22,798 nt of DNA, taken from positions 1 through 22,798 of the forward strand of contig JAKMXF010000103.1 in the NCBI GenBank assembly GCA_024704765.1, given 5' to 3'. This document shows positions 11,301-21,272 of this stretch, piece after piece. The notes beneath the pieces were generated by a model. It did not search any database. It was not told the origin of the DNA and saw nothing but the letters and a program-made list of their open reading frames with translations. Numbering within the stretch: the first letter of the stretch is position 1; every line of letters begins with the position of its first letter. Both the position numbers and the translations under genes were made by a program. The DNA is from Oopsacas minuta (taxonomy: Eukaryota; Animalia; Porifera).

Positions 11301-14300
11301 GATATGTTAACTGGAGGGGAACTTGGAGCTAGAGAAAGGTATAGTATGAAGATATGAAAATATTATTAATTATGCGGGAAATTCCAAAAAAATCTAACTC
11401 CAAAACTACTCAAGTTAAAAGGGCTATTTTGGTGGAAGAATTGAATTCGAAAAGGAACAATCATTAATTGTTGTATTATTCATTTTCCTATACGATTAGG
11501 ATAGTTTGTATTTGTTTTAACTATTATCATAATCCCTCGCTAATCCAAACAGCAGTGTTCCTATTGTAAAATACATCGTCCGGGTTAGTGAATTTGTTCA
11601 GATATGCGAAATGCATTGATACAATACTATAGGATCTAGGAGTACATTTTTTCGAGAGTTGTACAAACGATTAAAAGTCTGCTAACACGTGTAATATATG
11701 TATTATAATATATTATGGATTGTTTGATTATTTTTAATAATTGAGATATTCTCAAACTTGTTGAGTATACTTGAGTATTCGTATTTAGAAATTTTGAAAA
11801 GAATTAAGCATTTTTGGTATTTCTCAATATTCAATCAAAGCTAAGAATTGATACTAACTGTATAACCTAGTCGTTTACAGGAATATGATTCTATGAATTT
11901 GATGCTAACCTGCAGCTTGAGTTGTGGCTCGTAAAGGGTCAGTGAATGGACCATCACCAACACTCGTGCTTGCTCGTAATATAAATATATAGCTTGTATC
12001 TTCATCTAACCCAGTCACATTGATACTGAGATTAGTTGGAGGAACTGTTATATTTCGAAGATCTGTATCTCTTTCAATACCAGAATATTCAATAAAGAAA
12101 TTCACTAATATTCCATTCTGATCAATAGCAGGAGGGCCAATCCATGACAGAAGTATAGCACGACCACTCTGAGCAGTAAAGTTCTGTGGTGGAGCACTTG
12201 GAGCTAGAATACGACACAATTGAAACTAATGAAATTTTCCTCAAAATATATCAAATCTTACTCACCAGCTTCATTTGTTCTTGCAAATACATCATCACTC
12301 TCTTCTCCATCTCCAATCATATTAACTGCTATAACAGTTATAGTATAGTTATTAAACTCTTGTAAGGTTGTTAAGTTCTCACATAGCATGCCAGTTAGAG
12401 GGTATACTACTGGTGATACAGTTATAGACACATTCTGAGGAGATATCTCAAATGGATTCCCTGAGTAGATTATGGTGAAAGAAGTTATTGGGCCATTTTG
12501 GTTGACAGCTGGTGGAGGACTGAAGCATACTTGTATTGCTGTAGAATTCAATGCCACAGCTGTTACGTTCTGAGGAGGTTCATCAGGAACTATATAATAG
12601 AGTTAATGATATTTCTAGTTTTGATGCTGTTGGATATATACATATGGTATGTGACTCAGCACAACTAATATTAGTTTAATGATATAACACTGTATTGAAT
12701 AGATTTATCATAATAGTGTTTGGTGATATTTCTGTGTCCCAAAATTATTATAATAAAGTACTTACAGAGATACTGTATACTACGAGACTGATGTAAGTTA
12801 CTAAGTAATACAACAACCAAAACATAACAAACCTGCTGCTGCTGTCCTAACTGTTATCATAGTAGCGGTTCCTTCACCAGCTCCATTATTAGCTCTTATT
12901 AACACGGTATAGTTGTCGAACTCTTCTAAATTATATATACACACAATACTTGATTCAGTTAGTGGATAAGGTGTGTTTACGTCTACAGTTATATTTACTT
13001 CAGCAGCATTGAATAACTCTCCTTGATATGTCACAGTATAATTACTGATTGGTCCATTCTGAGTGATGCTTGTTGGAGGATCGAATGTAACACAGAAAGA
13101 AGTAGAATTGATATTAACTTCCATTAAATTGAGAGGTGCAGCAGGTACTAATAGGGGGGAATGGATGAAAATTACAATATAAGAACATTCACTAAATTTC
13201 TCAAAGAATCCGCATTACCTGCTTGCAGAGTTCGTGCTGTAACAGGTGTACTGGAGTCACTAGATCCAGCTGAATTAACAGCCATAGCACTGACAGTATA
13301 ATTGTTATACTCTTCTAATCCCGTTAGGTTAGAAACAGTACATATCATGGATGCATATGAAAAAGAGTATATTAAAACTTCCATCTGAGTAGAAGTATCA
13401 AATGGATCTCCAGTGTATGAGACTGCATAGTTTGTGATTAAACCGTTTTGGTCGATAGGGGTAGGTGGACATACTGTAACCTCAATTACTTGAGAACTAA
13501 TTGTACGTAGGGTTACATTCGGTGCAGCAGCAGGAGCTAAGTAGAGAGAAATATACAAATATAACATTGATTATGGTGAGTTAGTTTTCACACTTTTAGG
13601 CTGTTAATGTATTTTATTTGTCACTTTATGAATACAAAGTTGGGCGGAGCCAAAATCAGCCAGGTGCGACCTCTAATATGGGAAAACAAAAAAGGATTCA
13701 GTTAGTACGTACATTTCTCCAAAACGGATTATCTATTCTTGAACAAATTGTATAAGATGATTCTTAGGAAAATACATCGATTAGTACATAGATTTTGTGC
13801 AATGAGTACGTCTTATCCGAGTTCTACTGTATATGTTATTTGTCAGAGAAATAATTTATGTAAAGCGGGGAATTCAAATGTAGATATTATCAATTACCTG
13901 CTTCAAGAGTTTCTATAACAATAAAGTTACTAACAGGACTTGATCCAGCAGAATTAATCAATACTACTGTTATAGTATAGTTATTGTATTCTTCTAAACC
14001 TGTTATATTGCTACATATTGATCCAGTCATTGGATAATCAGAAGATGTTGTAAGAATATTACCAGTTCTTGGATCTGTATCAAATGGAGATCCAATAAGA
14101 GTGATATCGAATGAAGTTATTAATCCATTCTGTGTATTTCCAGTAGTAAAATCAAAACAGACAGTAATTGTAGTAGCATCAATGGGTGAACTGGAAACAT
14201 TCTGAGGAGCAACAACAGGTGCTATATAGAATAATATTAAGTAAATCTTTAGAAAGTGCCTAGACTGGGGGTTTAACTTAACAAATCGAATATACTCACG

Positions 14301-17300
14301 ACAAAAGACTCGATGCATTTATTATGAGAAGTTTCCACATCATTCATGATTTAGAACACTTGTGGGTATTTTGACTTATTACAAAGTCTCTTTGAATATT
14401 TTTCTCTACAAAATAATATCTGATTTGACTAACCTGCTGCTTCTGTCATAACTGTTATCATTGCAGCAGCTCCTTCACCAGCTCCATTATTAGCTCTTAT
14501 TAACACAGTATAGTTGTTATACTCTTCTAAATTATATATACACACACTACTTGATTCAGTTAGTGGATAAGTTGTGTCTACGTCTACAGTTCTATTTACT
14601 ACAGTCATATTGAATAACTCTCCTTGATATGTCACAGTGTAATCACTGATTGGTCCATTCTGAGTGATGCTTGTAGGAGGATCGAATGTAACACAGAAAG
14701 AAGTAGAATTGATATTACCTTCCATTAAGTTGAGAGGTGCAACCGATACTATTTTGGGAAGAATAAGATGGTAATATACAAATATTTGAGAAACATTTAG
14801 AACAGTTCCTAAGGGTAATGACTATCCCACATTTTACAGAAACAATGCTAGTCCTATATCGAGGAAGCTATGAGCCATCCCACTTTTCATGGGCTTCCGA
14901 TGCAGCTATGGTCATTATAGAGGTTTGTCTTATCGGAATGGATGATATGCGACGTCAGTATATTTATCCAAAAATTTTATCATCAATATCCCCGAATGCA
15001 AAGCACTTTAGATACATACCTGCTTGGAGAGTTTCTGATTGAGTAGAATCACTAACAGGACTTGATCCAGCAGAATTAATCAATACTACTGTTATAGTAT
15101 AGTTATTGTATTCTTCTAAACCTGTTATATTGCTACATATTGATCCTGTCATTGGATAATCAAAAGATGTTGTAAGAATATTATCAGTTCTTGGAACTAT
15201 ATCAAATGGAGATCCAACAAGAGTGACATTGAATGAAGTTATTAATCCATTCTGTGTATTTCCAGCAGGAAAATCAAAACAAACATTAATTGAAGTAGCA
15301 CTGATGGGTGAACTGGTAACATTCTGAGGAGCAACAACAGGTGCTAGAATAAATAAATGGGAAACGATTGAAAGGATATATTTGAAATTTTCATACTGAA
15401 GATTAGGAATAAATGGAAGCATGAAATATGCATACCAAGGTGTATACGGTATGCAGACTTTTCAGATGAATACAAAAAACTGAATTTCAAATTTCGTTTT
15501 GCTACTTGTAAAACAGCAAAATTATCACACGTTAATCCTTGAAAATTTTCATTCATGGACAATTCGCTAATGAATACTTAATATTTCGCCTCAAATCACT
15601 ACTTTATGCATCGCAGCACTATTCAGTAACCTACCTGCTTCATTAGTCATTACTACTATACTCTGACTGATAGGTCCTGGTCCTTGAGAATTAATAGCAA
15701 ATACTGTGATATTATAGTTATTGTATTCTTCTAAGTTAGTTAAATTGAAACACACATTACTCTCCAATGGATAAGAAGGAGGTGATATAACCATTTCATT
15801 AGTGATAGATTCTGTTTGGTATGGAGATCCAAAAGATGTGATAGTGAATGAAGTTATTATTCCATTCTGATTAATACCAGGAGGAGGATCGAAACAGACA
15901 TTAATTGAAGTAGGAGTTATGTTTATACCAGCAATGTTTTGAGGAGCTTCATTAGGAACTAGTAGGGGGAAAATTATGAATAATGGTTATATACAGATAG
16001 ATAGATTAAAGATACTGTAAATTATACTAGAATGATTAAATAGCTTAGAGAATTTCTCTGAATACAAACTTGCTTCTGATGTCATAACTGTAATCATAGC
16101 AGCAGCTCCTTCACCAGCTCCATTATTAGCACTTATTAACACAGTATAGTTGTTATACTCTTCCAAATTAGATATACACACAATACTTGATTCAGTTAGT
16201 GGATAAGTTGTGTTGACGTCTACAGTTATATTTACTACAGTCATATTGAATAACTCTCCTTGATATGTCACAGAGTAATCACTGATTGGTCCATTCTGAG
16301 TGATGCTTGCAGGAGGATCGAATGTGACACAGAAAGAAGTAGAATCAATATTAGCTTTCATTAAGTTGAGAGGTGCAGCAGGTACTAGTAGAATATAATA
16401 TATTTTATTACATAGGGATACCAACTCTCACGGATTCGTGGTTCTAGCGGTAAATCTCATTTATTTTTGCTTTCTTAATTCATATGTTATATAATTGGGA
16501 TAGCTCACCTGCTTCCAATGTTTCATTCCTTACTTCAGCTATCATGGAGTCACTCACCCCTAATTCAGGAATAGTCACCATTAATGATATCGTATAGTTA
16601 ACATACTCTTGTAAGCCCGTTATGTCTACATCTTGTGGTGTACAAAGTCCTGTTTGTTCGGTAATATTGATATTTAGAGTACGAACAGTTGTATCAAGCT
16701 CTACACCTCTGTATACAAATTCATATCGTATTGTTACATCAGCTCCACAGTATTCAAGTGCTCTGAAAGATACTCTTATCGCTGTTGAGTTTATTGTATT
16801 AGCTACCAAATCCTCATCACCTACATATGTTATTAATGTATTTAATAATTCAAATATTTTACTACACAAATTCAATTCTCTAATTAATCTATTATTATAA
16901 CGCTATGTTACTGCTTGCATGGATTTAAATCTTTCGAATTTCAGCTCATTTCCCAAAATGTGAAAATTTTATGACTGAACTAGTAAAAATGCTATTAAGA
17001 TAATAATCGCCAATAATTATCATTACCTATTGCTATGGTATCAACAGCTCTCGGACCGAAGTTTGATTCGAAAATAGAAGCTGACACTCTGATGATAAAC
17101 ACATCATCTGTTGATAGAGTAAGTTGTTGAAAAGTAGAATAATTTGTTAATGTTTGTATATTGATGAGATTTCTGAGAGTACGATAAGTGAGTTGATATT
17201 CCAGACCTTGTGGAAATACTTCAATTGGATATATTCCTGCTGATTGTGTCCATGTAAAGTTGTATACACTACCAGAATCAATGACAGAACTCAAGTTCTG

Positions 17301-19632
17301 TGGCACTCCAGCTATAGAATATATTATACATCAAAGTTGTTTAGTTTACAACCTAGTATGAACCATGAGTTAACTTCTGCGGGAGAGAATTTCCCTAACC
17401 GAAGTAACGTTCGAACGGTCGCTAATTTAGCAAACATAAACTTACGAAGAGGAGGATTAGTTGCTATCAGTAAGAATTCTAAAGTAACATCAGAAGTCAA
17501 TGTTCCATCAGTTAACGTTAGTGTAACAGTTAGTGTTGTATTAAGAGTTTGATTAAGGATGGACGTTGTAATCGTTATTATCCCGTCTATGTCCACTGCA
17601 AACAAATCGTCTGTGGAAGACACCGAATAAGTAACTACAGCATCTTCTTCACCATCACTCAAAGCTGGTACACACCAAACAGTATTATTAGCAGGAGTAT
17701 CAACGGGTAGATCTATGTTGTATGTAGATTGAGAGAGAGTAGGCGCTGTGTCTTCAATATTGTTGATATAGATAATTAAGGTACCCAGTGTAGTAAGGGG
17801 ATCCGAAGTGGTTACTATTGAGAATGATAGCTCAGTCGTGGTTTCATAGTCAAGTGATGAATTTAGATAGAGTTCGCCAGTGCTGTTATCGATTCTGATA
17901 GCTGTAGGTGTCGGAGATAGATCTATTGTAGTACCACTTACAGTTATTGTACCGATAAGTGTGTCAACAGCGGAATTTTCATCTATTGTGAATACGTATC
18001 TGTCTTGTTCGAGAATATTTGCTATTTGTGTAGGATAAACATAAGTATCATTCATAATAATAGTTTAAGGGGAACTTACATGAATTTTCTGTAATAGTTA
18101 GAACAAACGTAGTAGTTGAAGTTAAACTAGTAGATCCTCCGTCATAAGCTTCTATACCTACACTATAGTCACCTAGAGGTAGAGGATCAGTGTTCTCTAA
18201 AACACCAGCTGAAGTCAAACTGAAATTAGCTGCATTTGTGCTGTTACTATCTATCTTAAACATTACCAAACCGTTTGCATTAGAATCTGCATCTGTTGAA
18301 TTAAACCTAACAATTGTGTTATTAACAGACAGTTCTGTGGTATTAATCTCTATAGTGAGGGAATCCGGGCTAGGTGGAGTGGGTATGTTATCATTCAAGT
18401 CAATCAAACAAATATTTATCTCAGCAGCTTCCAAACTTGAAGTATCAGTTATGACAGTTGTGTCTCTACGTTGATCAACATTTTCGTAATCAAGTATGTT
18501 TACTTGTAGATAAACAGGACCCGGAATCGCAACTTGAAAGTTTGGATTTGAAGAGACGGGTGATGTGTTAGTAGTAACGTATACAGGTCCAATAGTATTT
18601 ATAGAGTCCTCACTGATGGCAAAATAGTATTGATTTGGGGTAAACGCAAGATCTATTGAGAAACAGTTTGGTAAAAATACAGCAGATTAGCCAACGTGCA
18701 AACTCTAACAGTAAGCTCGATTAGTTATTAGAATTCTCATTTGATGGTAGAGATTTATATTGAGCAAACATTAATTAATTTTGAGGGTATATAGCCTAGT
18801 TAAATGGTTAGCGAATTCATTTTGTTGCTATAATAATCTGGTTTAGTTGTTGTATTGAATTATTTATTACTTATTACAGTGGATGCCGGTTATGAGAATA
18901 CTTCATATAAACGCATTTGGATGTAGGAGCCATATTATAGAAAAAGATTCTCAGATATACTGTATACCGGTAATAAGAACCAATTTTACTACTATTCTAA
19001 GAGTGTTCTTATAACCGTCATGATATTATATTGGGTATATGGCAACCGTTTTCCAGTTTGATGTTTTATATCCTATAAAAAATCCATGGAGTATAATACA
19101 TGATTCCGTGAATCAAGTAAAAACCCTGTAAAAGTCTATTAAGAATAAATATTAGTCAACAAATTTTGAGAAGAGGCTATCAGACAGTAATATAGTTTCT
19201 AACATTGAAATTCTACAAATTGCAAACCGAGTTGTTCATACCATTACCATAGCTATTATTACTCAACACAAAAGGCTGGTTAAATTAAGTACAATGGAAA
19301 CTGCCTATTAGTAATTCGTAGCAAAATGAGCCTTTTAACAACTTTTTTTCATGGACATGGAGTGGTTTTGTTTGGTAATTACTGTGCATAATATCAAAAT
19401 TCGCTTATTAGCAAGGAAACTCTTGCAAAATACGATTTGCTAATAGGCGGTTTCCATTATACACCCTAATATGAGTAATAAGCACATACCTTGTGAATGG
19501 TTGAATATACAACTAGCTAATAGCACCTATAATTGAAAACAACAGTAAATTATATATTATTGGAAGAATAGAGATGAGACTTACAATCAGTGTTATTGAG
19601 ATCCGCGTGAGTTTAAGGAAGTTAAATATCAT
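2211..19632 (-). CDS. Giant adhesion-class GPCR (4x cadherin, 19x FN3, RPTP-like module, Ig, GAIN/GPS, 7TM); 32 coding exons, ~3,343 aa
   Basis: Manual exon model, transcript order: 19585-19632, 19490-19526, 18080-18652, 17446-18021, 17027-17311, 16509-16820, 16070-16384, 15635-15958, 15020-15343, 14434-14748, 13898-14221, 13219-13536, 12833-13147, 12266-12589, 11910-12203, 11014-11328, 10619-10945, 10072-10395, 9638-9961, 9087-9410, 8592-8912, 7963-8337, 7510-7830, 7286-7397, 6487-6805, 6246-6303, 5604-6157, 5034-5315, 4593-4736, 3974-4475, 2933-3526, 2211-2362. All 31 introns are GT-AG and all phases match, giving 10,032 nt in one open frame from ATG to TAA. No transcript evidence is available. 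Confidence 0.9.
2933..4280 (-). CDS. aGPCR exons 30-31: secretin/adhesion-type 7TM domain
   Basis: Seven hydrophobic segments with family motifs: TM3 C..I..LLHY..LA.F.W, TM4 GW..P, ECL2 Cys, TM5 F..P...L.IN, TM6 P.LGL.W, TM7 LN...G..FF. The 447-nt phase-1 intron is at 3527-3973. Confidence 0.92.
3594..3757. mobile_element. pogo/Tigger-like MITE in aGPCR intron 30
   Basis: TA-cagtcaactcccgttatatcga ... tcgatgtaacgggagtgactg-TA: TIRs differ by one indel and one mismatch. Confidence 0.85.
4310..5315 (-). CDS. aGPCR exons 28-30 (part): GAIN domain with GPS motif and tethered (Stachel) peptide
   Basis: ICVALNGSIWNSDGIQ...TICSTSHF/TSFAVFV matches the C-x-W-x-G-x-C-x-H(L/F)/T(S)-x-FAVL GPS consensus. 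His-Phe-Thr lies at 4337-4329. Confidence 0.9.
4831..4979. mobile_element. Possible Helentron-associated/DINE-1-like non-autonomous element remnant
   Basis: A (TGTT/TGTC)n tract at 4831-4853, a GC-rich hairpin acgagcc-aaa-ggctcgt at 4899-4915, and a perfect 18-bp palindrome at 4962-4979. Ends and target site are not defined. Confidence 0.3.
5508..5539. repeat. 9-bp minisatellite (GATTAGATG) x3.5 in intron 27
   Basis: Read directly from the sequence. Confidence 0.85.
5604..6157 (-). CDS. aGPCR exon 27: Ig-like (I-set type) domain followed by the helical start of the GAIN domain
   Basis: Ig motifs LICESKG, IYW and D..FYCIAENTAG, followed by amphipathic helices (DVATQLMNQ...LLEAAEGIIDR). Confidence 0.85.
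6246..7397 (-). CDS. aGPCR exons 24-26: Pro/Thr linker plus an RPTP-like membrane-proximal beta module
   Basis: The spliced frame reads VPSEVPVEPTPTQSTQP...VTANIG|VIYIITD...FIIGSREETTYNGITYTNLPLNPGTTVSYSYY...EDM|QTSADFSLLSLPVAEITSA. The F.IG...Y.G..Y.N.PL.P motif resembles the juxtamembrane module of receptor tyrosine phosphatase ectodomains (recognised by eye). Confidence 0.65.
7135..7252. mobile_element. Short TA-flanked MITE with an internal 11-bp tandem array
   Basis: TA-cacggatagaacacggata ... tatccgtgttctagtg-TA. About five 11-bp units (acacggataga grading to actcggatgga) lie at 7134-7187. Confidence 0.6.
7510..17311 (-). CDS. aGPCR exons 5-23: 19 tandem fibronectin type III repeats, one per phase-1/phase-1 exon
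   Basis: Most exons start (A/V)P..(A/P)P.N and carry QNG.I..Y and the FN3 tyrosine corner L(E/Q)E(Y/F).NY.(I/V).V.A.N..G.G. Exon lengths are 285-375 nt, all multiples of 3. Exon 16 (11014-11328, APSSPPVNIS...LEEFVNYSVSFAVRNLVG) is absent from the ORF track but translates cleanly. Confidence 0.92.
13680..13829. mobile_element. Partial MITE related to the 7135-7252 element (right end only)
   Basis: gagtacgtcttatccgagttctactg-TAtatg (13804-13835) aligns with gagtgcacgtcttatccgtgttctagtg-TAtatg (7225-7258). Both are preceded by ggga(a)aacaaaaa. The left TIR was not found. Confidence 0.55.
17446..18652 (-). CDS. aGPCR exons 3-4: four cadherin-like repeats, two per exon
   Basis: Cadherin motifs: ISED...LDYE...DLNDNIP; DADSNANG...AYDGG; IDEN...LDYE...NIEDTAP; a degenerate fourth repeat (SDGEED...LTDG). 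The exons are 573 and 576 nt, separated by a 58-nt intron. Confidence 0.85.
18877..19027. mobile_element. Degenerate pogo/Tigger-like MITE in aGPCR intron 2
   Basis: TA-cagtggatgccggttatgagaata ... tgttcttataaccgtcat. The inner part of the TIR matches at ~15/18 and the right terminus is decayed. Confidence 0.5.
19292..19459. mobile_element. pogo/Tigger-like MITE in aGPCR intron 2
   Basis: TA-caatggaaactgcctattagtaa ... ttgctaataggcggtttccatta-TA: TIRs match at 20/23. An internal cgcttattagcaa sub-repeat is present. Confidence 0.75.
19490..19632 (-). CDS. aGPCR exons 1-2: signal peptide (MIFNFLKLTRISITLI|VLLASCIFNHSQ)
   Basis: ATG at 19632. A 58-nt GTAAGT...TATAG phase-0 intron is followed by a 37-nt exon ending at a GTATGT phase-1 donor, which joins in frame to exon 3 (D-LAFTPNQYYF). 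The peptide has a basic N-region and a hydrophobic core. Confidence 0.7.
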
Positions 19633-21272
19633 TATAATATTTTAATGAAATTGGACGCATTAATTGTATTTAAAGGAAAATCAGGTTACATTCCTAATTG
19701 TAATAGGACATACTAACCTGTATTAGATTTCATAGAAAATGGATACTGTTACATTATTATGGGAAGTGTAATCCTAAAAATGATTAGAGATTTGAATTTG
19801 CGATTCAGCAGTTATTATATCCGATCCTTTTAGTTGTATTTTTCATAAATAACTTAACATTTCGTTGAGGATCACCAGCTACCAGTTAGGAAATGTAAGT
19901 TTACTTTTAGGTAATTCCAGCTAAATGTAGGAAAGAGTTTGTCTAACGAGCGATGACCGTTCCGAACGAACACCTTTGCTAGCATTAGTTTAAAGGTGAC
20001 CTTTTCGGATTTTTGAAAAAGAAATACGCTGTACTTTTTGTGGTTTTATTCTAAGTTGTTTATTACGCGAATAACGTATAATATGTATACGTTATCTATT
20101 TGAACGTATTATACGTCTAGGTTAACCTCGAAATATCAGATCTTGACATTGTTAGACTTGTTTAACTCACATAATTATCAAGTATTATATAATTTAGTCA
20201 ATTGTAAGGAGATTTCTCATTAATAATTCAAGAACTACTGTTTTGATACAAAATAATTATTGCATAAATCAGCCTAGTAGAAATTACGTCACCAAAAATT
20301 GAGATTGAACATATAATACAGATTATTCAATTTAGGTTTTATTCAACCACAAAAACCACGTTTCTAAGTGAAATCTTCATCTCTGTGAAAAGGTGACCAA
20401 ATGTTCTATCTCATGCTAAATGTATTTGGAAATAGTGACACTAGATTGAGGAATCGACAAGAGATACAAACTTGAAATTCGGCATGTGTATAGATTGTGA
20501 ATAATCTAGCTTGATATTCTATTATCTAAGCGATTTCTCATTAACTCTCTGAGTTAGGTGTCATAATGTATTGACTTATCAGATAAGGGAACGGCTTGTC
20601 ATACAATAAACCAGTGATTCTCAATGTGTGAGCCTCAGAAAGTGGTTTAGTGTCAATAGCATAAAACAAATTTGTCAAAATACATTCAGAAGCTCAGCTT
20701 CGAGTTCTTTGTATATGAAAGTAGTAAAAGTCAAGATGAATAATTACGTAACTTCTTAACACAAATATTTACAGATAAATTGTCTAGCTTTGAAGACTAG
20801 AATTATCACAAAAAGATTATGTATACCCAATTACTCACTAACTAGAGTAGTCGTTGAAGCAAATCAATATCATTAATTAAGGAATTGATGCAAAGGTGTG
20901 AAAATTTAACATTAGAAATATTCATAAACAGGCTCAAATCTCCAAATAAATAAATGTAATAATCAGCTGGTAGATTCCGCAGGATTGCAAAGACGTATGA
21001 TAGACGTTAGAACGTCCTACATTATCCATTCCCTCAAGGAATCTCTTTATAGGAGCTGTGTATGAATGGATTAGAATAGAATAACAATAATAAGTATGAA
21101 TAATTAACAATAGCTATAACAGAAGATAGAATGAAAATGTTTTGTACATACGTACGTAAATCTAATGAAATAATAAATAGAGTTCTAGGATATCTCTATG
21201 TCTTAGCCAAGTATTGAAGGGAAGAATTGTATAAAAAGGAAAAGGCAAGAATTTGAATAAAAGCCCCAATAA

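Noticed and set aside
9087-16384. CRISPR-like or satellite array suggested by the ~320-bp recurring units
   Set aside because: The units are open-frame FN3 exons with GT-AG boundaries. There are no short repeat-spacer units and no cas genes, and the context is eukaryotic.
2211-19632. Calling the receptor CELSR/Flamingo, a Dscam/Sidekick, or an RPTP
   Set aside because: No EGF or LamG domains, only one Ig domain, and no phosphatase domain. It has a GAIN and 7TM instead, so no gene symbol is assigned.
20071-20095. 10-bp-stem hairpin (ataacgtata-atatg-tatacgttat) upstream of the receptor as a terminator or regulatory site
   Set aside because: AT-rich stem in a eukaryotic intergenic region with no supporting context. 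It may be repeat debris.
20604-20630. hAT/Charlie-like end CAGTGATTCTCAA preceded by CAATAAAC
   Set aside because: No matching second TIR or repeated 8-bp target duplication was found in the window.
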